Positions 47,901 through 59,089 of a stretch of 64,000 nt of DNA are shown here, in pieces. This DNA comes from a bacterium. GTDB lineage: Bacteria > Myxococcota_A > Bradymonadia > UBA7976 > UBA1532. The stretch is from assembly GCA_030427205.1 (NCBI GenBank), contig JAUHXC010000036.1, forward strand, positions 16,185 through 80,184. Reading direction: 5' to 3'. Both the position numbers and the translations under genes were made by a program. Position 1 is the stretch's first letter. Each line of letters begins with the position of its first letter. Under the pieces are notes generated by a model. The model saw nothing but the letters and a program-made list of their open reading frames with translations, searched no databases and had not been told where the DNA came from.

Positions 47901-48400
47901 AGCCCCTGGCCTGCGGGCTGGCGCCGGACGCGTCTGTCGCGCCCCGCCTCGCGCCGGGCACCTACTTCGCGGTCGTTCAAGGCGCCGGCGCGGTCACCGC
48001 CGATCTGATCCTCGAGCCCGTGGGCGACGTCGGCGGCTTCGTCGACGCCTGCGACGGCGCGCCGCTGGCGGTCGGGCCGGGCACCGACCTGCCGCTGCAG
48101 GGTGACCTGACCGGAGCCGGCGACAGCGTCGACCTGGCTTTGTGCGCCGGGCTGCCGGCGAGCCCCGACGCGGTCTTCCGCTTCACGCTCGACGCCCGGG
48201 CGACGGTGGTGGCCTTCATCGAAGACGCCGCCTTCGGGGCGCGACTGGCGGTGGTCAACGAAGACTGCGGCGTCGCCGAGTGCGGCAGCCCGATGACCGG
48301 TGATGTCTTCGCCGATCTCGCGCCGGGCACCTACGGGCTGGTCATGGAGGCCGACGGGTTGGGCGGCGGCCCGTTCCGGGTGCGGCTGCAGGTGCAGTAG
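44951..48400 (+). CDS. Large Cys-rich exported protein (C-x-x-D-x-D-C repeats plus PPC-like beta-sandwich domains)
   Basis: Hydrophobic N-terminus with FWGC; ~550 aa of disulfide repeats; ACDGVSDWF, LCAGDEDWF, LAPGTY motifs. Confidence 0.85.
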   Translation: MQASRGGGALLVLLGCAMGFWGCDGDGGDPAADMMQATADGSGGSGGAGGMMAEDVGPDIDAGCPCPGQQTCDAAGACVEPEVCADDVDCLAGRLCLEGACRQACLGDGECGDGERCDPEAAVCVPDMRCMDDGDCPDGACDDGECVAPCVDGMCPGQQTCDPATGDCVEPAVCAEDVDCLDGRICLDGACATPCGEAADCPGAQQCAMGRCAEPDVCTADLDCVADRLCVADACADPCGRAGCPGGLVCDGGSGRCDEADPCADDGGCFAGRRCAEGLCVDPCVEDAECVGAEVCREGLCIMPVDCDFDAACGPGRVCVEGACQDGCPAMPCPEGAICDNASGRCVVPGGCVEAADCQGAQTCEGGFCVEPAFCNGDVDCLEGRVCRDGACVGLCERDVDCAGSQLCEGGQCVEGPRCGDDDDCLGGRRCAPDLAACIDPCPDGFCPGGLACVDGLCTEPPACNDDVDCAGTRFCRLNACFSAGLDGPCEGRDACPEACVDFDCADAVPGACDCPEGWGCIDDGCVAPGPCGRCPDGWQCADDGRCLRCVADGDCPGGGVCDRGACVDPPACEDDADCLPGHRCPFGRCEIDFAACQDDPIAGAGPDLATLLPPLALTRLTACDGVSDWFRVGDADDALRVTVRFAADVAPPRVRLYPVLDPGTPLAEAEPQPGEARVSAGPGDYLIEVRAAPGASIDYGVEFEQGVECAADRFERPWANDDRERARTVPPGVIAGTLCAGDEDWFRIDVPRRMQVSIEGATAEVDGRRAPLATEGPLTVRVSALGRADYTLSVLPVADPEAACEQAGPLAFGVDEDATVEAGGDDFAPACGAAGGAERVFALDVPRAGRLTADLNGVGGALYLYGDCADAPLACSAAAGGIDTEVEEGSYRLVVDGPFEGTVRVDLEAVSILCDDPPPLEPGQTEIPLPVGPADIGGGCTDPELGAVVRRIEVAEPSIARLALQGGGPEALVSIRDDCAAVEPLACGLAPDASVAPRLAPGTYFAVVQGAGAVTADLILEPVGDVGGFVDACDGAPLAVGPGTDLPLQGDLTGAGDSVDLALCAGLPASPDAVFRFTLDARATVVAFIEDAAFGARLAVVNEDCGVAECGSPMTGDVFADLAPGTYGLVMEADGLGGGPFRVRLQVQ

Positions 48401-48423
48401 ACCGCGCAGCCCTCAGCCAACCC

Positions 48424-49566
48424 TCAGGGCGGCGGCGCGCAGTCCCGGCGACCGGCTTCGCGCGGAGACAGCCGACGGGACTCGCCCAGGCGGGCCAGGA
48501 TGATCGCCTGGGCTTCGGGGTCGGCCGCCGGATCGAGCGGCTGCGTCACGTAGCGCCCGCTCTGCGGGTCGAGCCGGGTATGCAGCGGCACATAGCCCAG
48601 CCCGCCGATGCGCAGCCGACCGTCGGCGCCCGGCGCGAGCCCGACGAAGGCCATCGCCGTCGCCCGCCGCGCCGGCTTCTGCTGATGGCTGACGAAGTTG
48701 CCCATCGAGTACAGCACCCACGCCCGCCGACCGCCGCCCTCGACCTCATCCCACGGCTGCAGCACATGCGGGTGATTGCCGACGATCAGATCGACCCCCG
48801 CGGCCACCGCCTCCCGGGCCAGCACGGTCTGCTTCGCGCGCGGCTGGGGTCGATACTGGCGGCCCCAATGGGGCGTGAAGACGATGAAGTGCACGTCTTC
48901 GCGGGCCCGCAGCCGGCGGATGTCGGCGAGCAACCGGCTTCGCTCGGCGGGCACGTTGCATTCGAGCACCTGATCGGCGGCGTCGCGGTTGCGGTTGAGC
49001 CAGCTCGCGCAGGCGACCCAGGCCACCCGCCACGGGCCGACGGTCGTCTCGGTCACCCACGAGCCCCCAGTGCCGCCGCGCCGGGTGCCGACGAAGGGCA
49101 GCCGCGCCGCTTCGAGCGCGTCGATCGTCAGGTCGAGCCCGCGCGGGCCGCGATCGAGCGCGTGGTTGTTGGCCGTCGAGACGATGTCGAAGCCGCTCAT
49201 TCGCAGGTCGGCTGCCAGCCGCGGGTGATAGTTGAAGCGGCGATAGCCGGAGTAGACGACGCCGTCGTAGGCCTCACCCGGGTCGGGGGCCGGGCGCCAC
49301 CGGGCGTCGAGGCCCGGCGCCAGCGGGCCTTCCAGGTTGGCGTAGGCCAGATCGGCCCGGGCGATCAGCGCGCGGGTCGGGGCCCACAAGCCGGCGAAGC
49401 GCCGGGGCTCGGTCCAGGCCTGGGCCTGCAGCTCGCGGTGGATCAAGACATCGCCCACCGCCGACAGCGTCAGCGCGGCGCCGGGCAGGCACGGGGGCAG
49501 GGGGTCGGCCGCCGCGGCCCCCGCGGAGAAACACAGCCACGCCAGCAGGGCGAACAGACGACGCAT
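48424..49566 (-). CDS. CapA (PGA_cap) family metallophosphatase-like protein
   Basis: GDVLIH, ANLEGP, ANNHALD, PHWG, GNHPHV, YSMGNF; signal peptide. Confidence 0.92.
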   Translation of the reverse strand: MRRLFALLAWLCFSAGAAAADPLPPCLPGAALTLSAVGDVLIHRELQAQAWTEPRRFAGLWAPTRALIARADLAYANLEGPLAPGLDARWRPAPDPGEAYDGVVYSGYRRFNYHPRLAADLRMSGFDIVSTANNHALDRGPRGLDLTIDALEAARLPFVGTRRGGTGGSWVTETTVGPWRVAWVACASWLNRNRDAADQVLECNVPAERSRLLADIRRLRAREDVHFIVFTPHWGRQYRPQPRAKQTVLAREAVAAGVDLIVGNHPHVLQPWDEVEGGGRRAWVLYSMGNFVSHQQKPARRATAMAFVGLAPGADGRLRIGGLGYVPLHTRLDPQSGRYVTQPLDPAADPEAQAIILARLGESRRLSPREAGRRDCAPPP

Positions 49567-49629
49567 CGGCGCACGATACAGCAATCGGACGGGCAGGGGA
49601 GCCGGATCGCGCGGGCTCGAAACGACCGC

Positions 49630-51813
<2,184 letters not shown>

Positions 51814-52029
51814 GGTCGACTCCCGCAAACAGTCGAAGCGTCGGCGTCCGCCGGGACTTCGGGCCCCCGTGGTACCCGCTCCTGCCAGCGGATTGCAACC
51901 GCGGCCCGACCGGCAGGTCGGCGCAGCCCGCCGCCGGGCGAGGATTTCTGCGGCGGGGTCGATTCGAGAAAGCAATGGGGGCCCGCGGCCGGTTGCGGTA
52001 GGCTGACGCGATTTCGACGGAGGGCGCCG

Positions 52030-53253
52030 ATGAGCCAGGACGACGACAAGATCCGCGACGTGTTTCGCAAGAAGACCGACCCCCCCGGCCAGCCGACGGT
52101 GCTCGAAGACGGTGAGCCCGGGCTGGTCTACTTCCCCGAGATCAGCTGCCGCGCGTGGGAGCACCCCGCCGATCGGGCGGCGCTGACGACGATGCGCAAG
52201 GTGCCCGGCTTCGACCTGCTCTTGCGCCGCATGTCGAGCATCGTCACCGAGCCGGCCCTGCGCTCGCTCTACCTCGGCAACGCGGTGCGGGTCTCCGAGA
52301 AGCAGTTCCCCGACCTGAACGCCGCGTGGATCCGCACGTGCAAGCAGTTCGACGCCGACCGTGTGCCCGAGCTCTTCGTCACCGCTCAGGGCGGGGTCAA
52401 CGCGGCGGCGGTCGGCTGGGACCGACCGTTCGTATACATCACCGCCGGTGCGCTCAAGTCGTTGAAGGGCGAAGAGATCCGCTTCGTGCTGGCCCACGAG
52501 TTGAGCCATGTGCTGTCCGGGCACGCGCTGTACCGGACGATGATGGACATCATCGTCCGGTACATCCGTCCGCGGTTGGTCTTCATGCCCGCCGCCTGGC
52601 TGGTCGTGGCGGGCATCGAACTCGCCCTCAAGGAGTGGAGCCGCAAGTCCGAGCTGTCGTGCGACCGGGCCGGGTTGTTGGCCGTGCAGGACATCGAGCT
52701 GGCTCAGCGGATCCACATGAAGATGGCCGGCGGCGGCGACCTCGAGAAGATGAACGTCGACGCGTTCCGCGAGCAGGCGGCCGAGTACGAAGAAGACGGC
52801 GATCTGCGCGAGCAGATCCTGCGCCTGCTGATGCTCACTTCGGTCACCCACCCGTTCCCGGTCTTGCGGCTGGCGGAGCTGAGCCGCTGGGCGGAGTCCG
52901 GCGAGTATCAGCGCATCCTCGACGGGCACTACCCTCGGCGAAGCGAAGACGATCACGCCGGTGTCCGGGAAGACATCGCCCGCACCGCCGAGACCTACAA
53001 GGAGCGCTGGTCGGAGCGAGAGGACGCGCTCGGCAAGCTGGTGCAGGACCTCGGCGGGCTGGTCAGCGGGCGCAGCGAGACGTTGTGGGAAGGCCTCAAG
53101 AGCGTCTTCCGCAACCAGGGCTTCGGCGGCTCCAGCTCGGGCAGGGGCGACGACGCGGGCGGCGCTGACGACGGCGCGGTCTACGACACCGACGTCGACG
53201 CGGGCGACGACGCCGGCGACGACGACCCGACCCCCGGCGGGAAGACCCTCTGA
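52030..53253 (+). CDS. M48 family zinc metallopeptidase
   Basis: WEHPAD, VNAAA, AHELSH, WSRKSELSCDRAG, THPFPVLR. Confidence 0.92.
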   Translation: MSQDDDKIRDVFRKKTDPPGQPTVLEDGEPGLVYFPEISCRAWEHPADRAALTTMRKVPGFDLLLRRMSSIVTEPALRSLYLGNAVRVSEKQFPDLNAAWIRTCKQFDADRVPELFVTAQGGVNAAAVGWDRPFVYITAGALKSLKGEEIRFVLAHELSHVLSGHALYRTMMDIIVRYIRPRLVFMPAAWLVVAGIELALKEWSRKSELSCDRAGLLAVQDIELAQRIHMKMAGGGDLEKMNVDAFREQAAEYEEDGDLREQILRLLMLTSVTHPFPVLRLAELSRWAESGEYQRILDGHYPRRSEDDHAGVREDIARTAETYKERWSEREDALGKLVQDLGGLVSGRSETLWEGLKSVFRNQGFGGSSSGRGDDAGGADDGAVYDTDVDAGDDAGDDDPTPGGKTL

Positions 53254-54617
53254 GCCGCCCGCGGACCCGTGCCGGGCTGACCGCGCTCGCCGCGCTCGCC
53301 GCGCTCACCTGGGCCGCCATGGCCCCGGCGGCGCCGCTCGACGACTGGCTCGCCGCCGCCGTCGACCACGAGACGATCGTCGTCGCCCCGCGCATGAAGA
53401 CGGTCAGCGCGCCCCTCGCCCGGGCCATCGAGCGCGCGCGGCAGAACCCCACCGTACGCGACGTCAGCGACCCCACGCTCGACGACCTGAAGCGCGGCCT
53501 GGGCTTCGACCTCTTCACCCGCGGCGCGCTCGCCGAGGCCGGCTTCGACGTCGACGGGCCGCTGCTGCTGGCCAACAGCCGCGACAGCGGGCTGACCGCC
53601 GTCGCCGTGGCCGACGGGGCGCGGGTCGGCGCCTGGCTCGAGCAGGTGACCGGCATGACGCCGGGCACCGTCGGCGGGCAGGCCGGCTGGCGCGGCCCGG
53701 ATGGGGTCGCGCTGATCGCCGACGGCGTGCTCTACGCCGCCGCCAGCGAAGCCGCGTTGACCGCCCTGCGCGCCGCGCGGGCCGACGACGGCCGCGACCC
53801 GGTGGCCGGCTGCCCGCGGGCCCGCGGCGCCGCCGATCTCTACGTCTGGCTGCGCCGCGACATCGGCCGCACCTGCTTGACGGTGCGTATCGACCCGGGC
53901 CGGATCCGCCTCGACGCCCGGGTGCACGCGACCGACATGAAACCCGCCGACTGGCTGAAGCCCGCAGGCGACCTGCCCGGGCTGCGGCCCGATCCGGCGA
54001 TGGCCCTGGGCATCAACCCGGGCCCGGCGCTCTCGGCGACGCTCAGCGCGGCGCTCGACCCGGCCCGCGCGCCGTTCGTCGGGCCGCTGGCGCTCAACCT
54101 GGGCCCCGGCGCGCTCGACGTGCTCTTCGCCCTGCAGCCGGCCGACGCCTCCCTGCTCGATCGCTTCGTAGAGGCCGCCAGGGGCCGCCCGGATGTCATC
54201 CTCGACCCCGCCCGTGGGGGGCTGCGGCGCATCGCCGTCAAGCCCGTGCAGGGGCAGCCGGCGCCGCCGGTGAGCCAGATCTGGCTCGGCACGGCCCACG
54301 GACGCACCTGGATCGGCACCGATCGAGCCCCCATCGACCGCGGCCCTGGTGCGGCGCCGACCACCGGCCTGTCGGCCGATCTCTTCCCCGGCGCCGGGTT
54401 GACGCTCTATCTGCGGCCGGGCGGGCTGCCCCATGACGGCGGCCCCTGGGCCGACGCCGTGGCGCCGCAGCTGACGAAGCTGGGGCTGGACATCCGCGGC
54501 TTGCAGGACTTCGCCGGCGCCTTCGCGTGGCTGTGGGCGCACGTGGGCGAGCTGGGGCTGGCGGTGCGGCCCGACGGCGCGCGCTGGCGCATCTCGATCG
54601 AGGCGGTGACGTTGTGA
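53250..54617 (+). CDS. Hypothetical exported protein
   Basis: Track ORF 53319..54617. The frame stays open upstream through a signal-peptide-like stretch to CTG 53250, so the start is uncertain. Confidence 0.7.
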   Translation: MSRPRTRAGLTALAALAALTWAAMAPAAPLDDWLAAAVDHETIVVAPRMKTVSAPLARAIERARQNPTVRDVSDPTLDDLKRGLGFDLFTRGALAEAGFDVDGPLLLANSRDSGLTAVAVADGARVGAWLEQVTGMTPGTVGGQAGWRGPDGVALIADGVLYAAASEAALTALRAARADDGRDPVAGCPRARGAADLYVWLRRDIGRTCLTVRIDPGRIRLDARVHATDMKPADWLKPAGDLPGLRPDPAMALGINPGPALSATLSAALDPARAPFVGPLALNLGPGALDVLFALQPADASLLDRFVEAARGRPDVILDPARGGLRRIAVKPVQGQPAPPVSQIWLGTAHGRTWIGTDRAPIDRGPGAAPTTGLSADLFPGAGLTLYLRPGGLPHDGGPWADAVAPQLTKLGLDIRGLQDFAGAFAWLWAHVGELGLAVRPDGARWRISIEAVTL

Positions 54618-55093
54618 GGCGGTTGATCGCGCTGAGTCTGGCCCTGGCGCTCACCGCGCCCGGCTGCAGCGGCTGTGGAGAAGAGCCCGCCGAGCCGGCG
54701 ACGGTCGAGAAGGCTGCCGCGGTCTCGGCCGAAGCCGCGGAGCCCGAGGCGCAGGTCACGCCGAACGCGGCGCCGAAAGAAGAGGCGGCGCCGCACCCGC
54801 TGGCCGCCGGCTGGCGCCGCGCCGTGCCGGCCGAGCCGCACCCCGAGGCCCGTGGCCTCTACCGTCGGGCGATCGAGCGGATCCACGCCGGCGCGCCGGA
54901 CGACGCCGCGCCGCTCTTCGCGCGATTGCGGGCCGACTTCGCCGAGACCCGCTTCGCCGCGCGCTTGAAGGGCGGCGGCGACCCGGCGGCGACCGCGGCG
55001 CTGCTGGGCCTGGCGGCCACCGTCGGCGCGGCGACCTTCATCGGCGCCGCCCGCAGCCTGAGCCGCCCGCGCGCGGCGCCTCCCACGCCCTGA
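54614..55093 (+). CDS. Hypothetical lipoprotein with a TPR-like helix pair and C-terminal hydrophobic helix
   Basis: GTGA overlap; MRRLIALSLALALTAPGCSGC. Confidence 0.7.
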   Translation: MRRLIALSLALALTAPGCSGCGEEPAEPATVEKAAAVSAEAAEPEAQVTPNAAPKEEAAPHPLAAGWRRAVPAEPHPEARGLYRRAIERIHAGAPDDAAPLFARLRADFAETRFAARLKGGGDPAATAALLGLAATVGAATFIGAARSLSRPRAAPPTP

Positions 55094-55109
55094 GAGACCG
55101 GCGCCGGCC

Positions 55110-56543
55110 TCAGCCCACCCAGCGGGCGACGTCGGCGAGCTGGAAGGGGAAGTACGCGTCCTCGGTGACGCAGCGCTTGCGGTCGAAGTCCTCGCCCGCC
55201 GCCACGCAGCGATCGGGGGCCCACGTCGGCTCGTCGATGATGCTCGGCGTGCAGTGGCGCAGCATGGCCCCGAAGACCTCCAGCAGAATCGCCGAGCCGG
55301 TGGGCCCCAGCCGCTGCCCGCTCTCGAGCAGCTCGGCCTCGCGCAGCACGTAGTAGAACAGCGGCGTGGCCGCGTTGAGCCCCTCGAGCCCGTCGCCGGT
55401 GAGCTGCGGGTCGAAGTTCGGATCGACCGCCGTGTACTTCGCCGCCAGCGCCTTGGCCACCGCCTGCCCCGACGGCAGGCTCAGCGCGTTGCCCCGCAGC
55501 AGGTTGCGGAACGCCAGGGCCCGATCGAGCGGGTTGTTGCTGCCGACCACCGGCAGGTTCTGCAGCTCGTCGGCGAGCAGCGGGTCGACCGCTTTGCACA
55601 GCCGCGGCTGAACGCAGGCGTCGACCGGCAGCAGGTAGCGCCAGTCGACCGCGAGCGCCGGCGGCACCTCGCCGAAGCCGCGCAGGTCGAAGCGCGGGTC
55701 GAAGAGCGCCACGTCGAGGTTGTTGGCGTTCACCGCGTAGCGCGAGCGCACCAGCGTATGGCCCACCCGATAGGCGGCCACCGAGAACTCCACCGGCATG
55801 GCCAGCGCGCCGTCGGCGTCGGGCTTCAGGAAGTACGGGAACGCCAGATCGCCGCCGATGAGCGCCTCGACGGCCTGCGTGTAGACCTTGCGATCGCACA
55901 GCCGCTTGAGCAGGTCGAAGAGCACCAGCCACTGATAGTGGAACCGGGTCTCGCGCTGGGCCTCTTCGAAGCGCTGCTCGGCGTTGCCGCCGTCCAGCCG
56001 CACCCGCTCGGCGTACAGCCGATTGTGGAAGCGATGGAAGAGCAGCTGCATCTGGGCGACGAAGATGTTCTCGTCGTTGCGCGGATCACCGATCAGCGCG
56101 ACGCCGCCCGGCGAGCGGGCGAGGTCGACGCCATTGGCGCCGACCGCCAGCAGACCGGGCCGCCCGGGGTCGTAGATGTGCGGGCTGGCCTCCGGCCCGA
56201 AGCCATAGACGCAGTCCAGATCGAGGCTCGGCGAGCGCACGTTGGGCAGCGCGGCGATCGCCTTGTCGCTGAGCGGAGAGCCGCGCAGCTTCGACTCGGT
56301 GTCCAGGGTGATGTCGTGGTCGATGAACTGCGCGAAGAAGATGTAGCCGGCCGGGATGTCACAGTTGGCCGACTCGCCGTCGAAGTCGTGCATGAGACCG
56401 CCGGGGCCGCCGAGCAGGGCGGCCTGCTCTTCGCTGACGGGCAGCCCGGGCAGGGTGAAGAGGCGGCCGAAGCGGGAGACCGCGCTGTGCGGGCAACCGC
56501 GGGCCTTGCTGACGCCGTGATGGCAGATGGTGCGAGACTGCAT
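55110..56543 (-). CDS. Heme peroxidase of the peroxidase-cyclooxygenase (animal-type) superfamily
   Basis: FAQFIDHDIT (distal His), SLDLDCVYG, GDPRNDEN, AYRVGH (proximal His), RNLLRG, TPLFYYVLREAE; RBS AGGAG. Confidence 0.92.
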   Translation of the reverse strand: MQSRTICHHGVSKARGCPHSAVSRFGRLFTLPGLPVSEEQAALLGGPGGLMHDFDGESANCDIPAGYIFFAQFIDHDITLDTESKLRGSPLSDKAIAALPNVRSPSLDLDCVYGFGPEASPHIYDPGRPGLLAVGANGVDLARSPGGVALIGDPRNDENIFVAQMQLLFHRFHNRLYAERVRLDGGNAEQRFEEAQRETRFHYQWLVLFDLLKRLCDRKVYTQAVEALIGGDLAFPYFLKPDADGALAMPVEFSVAAYRVGHTLVRSRYAVNANNLDVALFDPRFDLRGFGEVPPALAVDWRYLLPVDACVQPRLCKAVDPLLADELQNLPVVGSNNPLDRALAFRNLLRGNALSLPSGQAVAKALAAKYTAVDPNFDPQLTGDGLEGLNAATPLFYYVLREAELLESGQRLGPTGSAILLEVFGAMLRHCTPSIIDEPTWAPDRCVAAGEDFDRKRCVTEDAYFPFQLADVARWVG

Positions 56544-56564
56544 GAGTCACTCCTGAGGTGTCAT

Positions 56565-56590
56565 GGGTGTCATCATCACAGATGACACCC
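56565..56590. promoter_or_regulatory. Perfect 10-bp inverted repeat upstream of the peroxidase
   Basis: GGGTGTCATC-ATCACA-GATGACACCC, 21 nt from the start codon. Confidence 0.6.
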
Positions 56591-56882
56591 GAAGTCGGGC
56601 GGGGCCCGGCACGGCGCACGTCGAGCGCTACAGACGCCGTGTCTGTCGTGCTGGCTCCCGGGATGTATTGCCGAAGCCCCGTCAGTCTCGCGATCTGGGT
56701 TATAAGGGTCAAGCCATATAGGCTTCCATCGCATTTCACTTCATTTCGGGCATCTCGCGCGCTGCGGGCTTGTTCGGCGCTGATTCCCGGGTATGGTGCG
56801 TGGCGCAACGGCGCGGGAGGCCGACCTCGGTGCAGCAGCGGTCAGCGAGCGGAAGGCGGGATGTCGGGCGGCCGGCGGGCGA

Positions 56883-57344
56883 TCAGCCGGGGTATGTGTC
56901 GCGCACCACCAGCACCGGGCACGGCGCCGCCCGCAGCACCTTCTCGGCCACGCTGCCCATGAGCAGGTGCGAGAGCCCGCTGCGGCCGTGGGTGCCCATC
57001 ACGATCAGCTCGGCGCCGATGGCTTTGGCCCGCTCGACGATCGAGACATGGGCCACGCCGCCTTTGACCACCTCGTGGTGCGGCGCGTTGGCCAGGTCGT
57101 CGACGCTCTCGACCATCTCGTCGAGCAGCCGCCGCGACTCCTCGCCGAGGAAGGCGTCCATGGTCACTTCGCGCCCGTCCGGGGTGCGCACGAGCACCGC
57201 GCCCGCCGTGAAGGGCACCTCGTGCACGTGCAGCAGCTCGAGCTCGGCTTCGAATGTCTGCGCCATGGTCAGCGCCGCCGCCACCGCCGCCCGGGAGCAG
57301 TCGGAGAAGTCCACCGGCACCAGGATCTTCGAGATCGCCTTCAT
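56883..57344 (-). CDS. Universal stress protein (UspA family)
   Basis: KILVPVDFS, LLHV, LIVMGTHGRSG...LMGSVAEKVLRAAPCPVLVV; RBS GGAGG. Confidence 0.95.
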   Translation of the reverse strand: MKAISKILVPVDFSDCSRAAVAAALTMAQTFEAELELLHVHEVPFTAGAVLVRTPDGREVTMDAFLGEESRRLLDEMVESVDDLANAPHHEVVKGGVAHVSIVERAKAIGAELIVMGTHGRSGLSHLLMGSVAEKVLRAAPCPVLVVRDTYPG

Positions 57345-57495
57345 CGCGTCCTCCGTCGCGTCGAATATCGCGCTGGGCCCCGCCAGCCGCCGCGCGCGTC
57401 GGCGGCCCAGGCCCCGCTCGCCCGACGGTATATCCGGGGGCCGGCGAGATGTCCATCGGCGCGGGCCGGGGCGGTTCCTACGGCTGCTGGCCGTC

Positions 57496-58572
57496 ATGAT
57501 CGGGCTGCTCCTCGGCCCGCTGCTGGCCCCGCCGGCCAGCGCCCACGACGCCGGCCTGGCCCGGATCGCGGTGACCGCCGCCGACCAGCCCGCCGTCGGG
57601 CTGCAGCTCGACGGGCGCATCGCCGACATCGTGCAGATCCTGGGCTTGCCCGAGAAGGTGCCGTTGCCGCCGCGGGTCTTCGAGGCGGCGCTGCCCGGCG
57701 CGCTGCCCACATGGCTGGCGGTCGAGGCCGACGGCGCGCCCTGCCCGTTGACGCTCGACAGCTGGGGGCGCCTCGACGCCCTGGCGTTGCGGTTGCAGGT
57801 CACCGCCGCGTGTCCCGCGATCCCCCGCGATCTCACCGTGCGCTGGCCCGCGGCGGGTCACCCGGGGCTGCGCTGGGCGGCGCTCGTCGTGATCGACGGG
57901 CAGGAGACCGCGGTGCCGCTGGTGCTCGACCGCGGCCTCGAAGACGTGACCGTGCGGGTCGGCGACCCGCCGCCGATCGGCGAGACGCTGTGGACCTTCG
58001 GGCTGCTCGGCGCCGAACACATCGCGATCGGTTGGGATCATCTCGCCTTTCTATTGGCGCTGGTGCTCGGCTGCGGGCGATTGCGCCGGCTGCTGGCGGT
58101 GGTCACGTCGTTCACCGTGGCCCACAGCCTGACGCTGGCCCTGGGGGCCACCGGCCTCGTCGAGCTGCCGCCGCTGCTCGTCGAGCCGGTGATCGCGCTC
58201 TCGATCGCCGTCGCGGCGGCTCTGGCGCTGTACCGGCTGCGCGCGGGCACGTTGGATCACCCGGGGCGGCCCGACGCCGCCGTCGACGGCGGCCCGTGGG
58301 CCCTGATCGCGATCTGCTTCGGCTTCGGGCTCATCCACGGGTTCGGCTTCGCCGGCCTGCTCGCCGACATGCTGCCGGCGGGCGGCGATCGGCTGTGGCC
58401 GCTGCTGGGCTTCAACCTGGGGGTCGAGGTCGGTCAGGTGGCGCTGGTGGCGCTCGCTTTTCCGGCGCTGGTGGCCATCGGCCGGCGCGGCGCGGCGCGG
58501 CGGGTCTTCGGCGCGTTGTTGGCCGGGTTGGTGGCGCTGGGTCTGGCGGTCACGGTGCTGCGGGTGATCTGA
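57496..58572 (+). CDS. HupE/UreJ family membrane protein with an N-terminal periplasmic domain
   Basis: ASA-HD signal end; GAEHIAIGWDHLAFL, FTVAHSLT, GLIHGFGF, GFNLGVEVGQ. Start approximate. Confidence 0.88.
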   Translation: MIGLLLGPLLAPPASAHDAGLARIAVTAADQPAVGLQLDGRIADIVQILGLPEKVPLPPRVFEAALPGALPTWLAVEADGAPCPLTLDSWGRLDALALRLQVTAACPAIPRDLTVRWPAAGHPGLRWAALVVIDGQETAVPLVLDRGLEDVTVRVGDPPPIGETLWTFGLLGAEHIAIGWDHLAFLLALVLGCGRLRRLLAVVTSFTVAHSLTLALGATGLVELPPLLVEPVIALSIAVAAALALYRLRAGTLDHPGRPDAAVDGGPWALIAICFGFGLIHGFGFAGLLADMLPAGGDRLWPLLGFNLGVEVGQVALVALAFPALVAIGRRGAARRVFGALLAGLVALGLAVTVLRVI

Positions 58573-59089
58573 CCTGCTCGGCGCCGGCCGACGCCGAGAG
58601 CGCCGCCGCGATGCGCCGTACGTCGTGGGCGGCCGACCCGTCGAGCACCGCGCGGACCACGCCCGCCCGATCGGCGACCACCACCCGGGGCAGCGTCATG
58701 GTGCGCTTGCCCGCGCCGCGCTGCTCGACGCCCAGGTCGCGGGCGATGGTGCCGAAGCGATCGTAGATCACCCGCGCGTCGCCCCAACCGCGGGCGGCCA
58801 GCCACGGCTGCACCACGTCCGGCGACTCACCGCAGGCCACCAGCGTCACGTCAGCGCCTTTCAACAGGCCGCCGCGGGCCCCGCGCATCGCCGCCAGACC
58901 CTTCTCGCAGGGCGCGCACCACGTCGCGAAGAGCACCACGACCCGGCCGTCGGCGGGCTCTTGCAGCACCATGGTCCGGTTGATGACCCGGTCTTCGGCG
59001 TCCCAGCCGGCGAACCACGGCAGCGGCGTACCGACCGCCGGACCGGCGAGCAGGGCGGCGACGAGCAGGGTGGGCAGCAGGCCGGTCAT
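58550..59089 (-). CDS. TlpA-like exported thioredoxin
   Basis: FATWCAPC, cis-Pro TLPR, signal peptide; ATGA overlap with the upstream gene. Confidence 0.85.
   Translation of the reverse strand: MTGLLPTLLVAALLAGPAVGTPLPWFAGWDAEDRVINRTMVLQEPADGRVVVLFATWCAPCEKGLAAMRGARGGLLKGADVTLVACGESPDVVQPWLAARGWGDARVIYDRFGTIARDLGVEQRGAGKRTMTLPRVVVADRAGVVRAVLDGSAAHDVRRIAAALSASAGAEQVRSPAAP

Noticed and set aside
48424..49566. Poly-gamma-glutamate capsule locus (CapA plus GGT as CapD)
   Set aside because: No capB/capC, and the two genes are ~25 kb apart; solitary CapA homologs are common.
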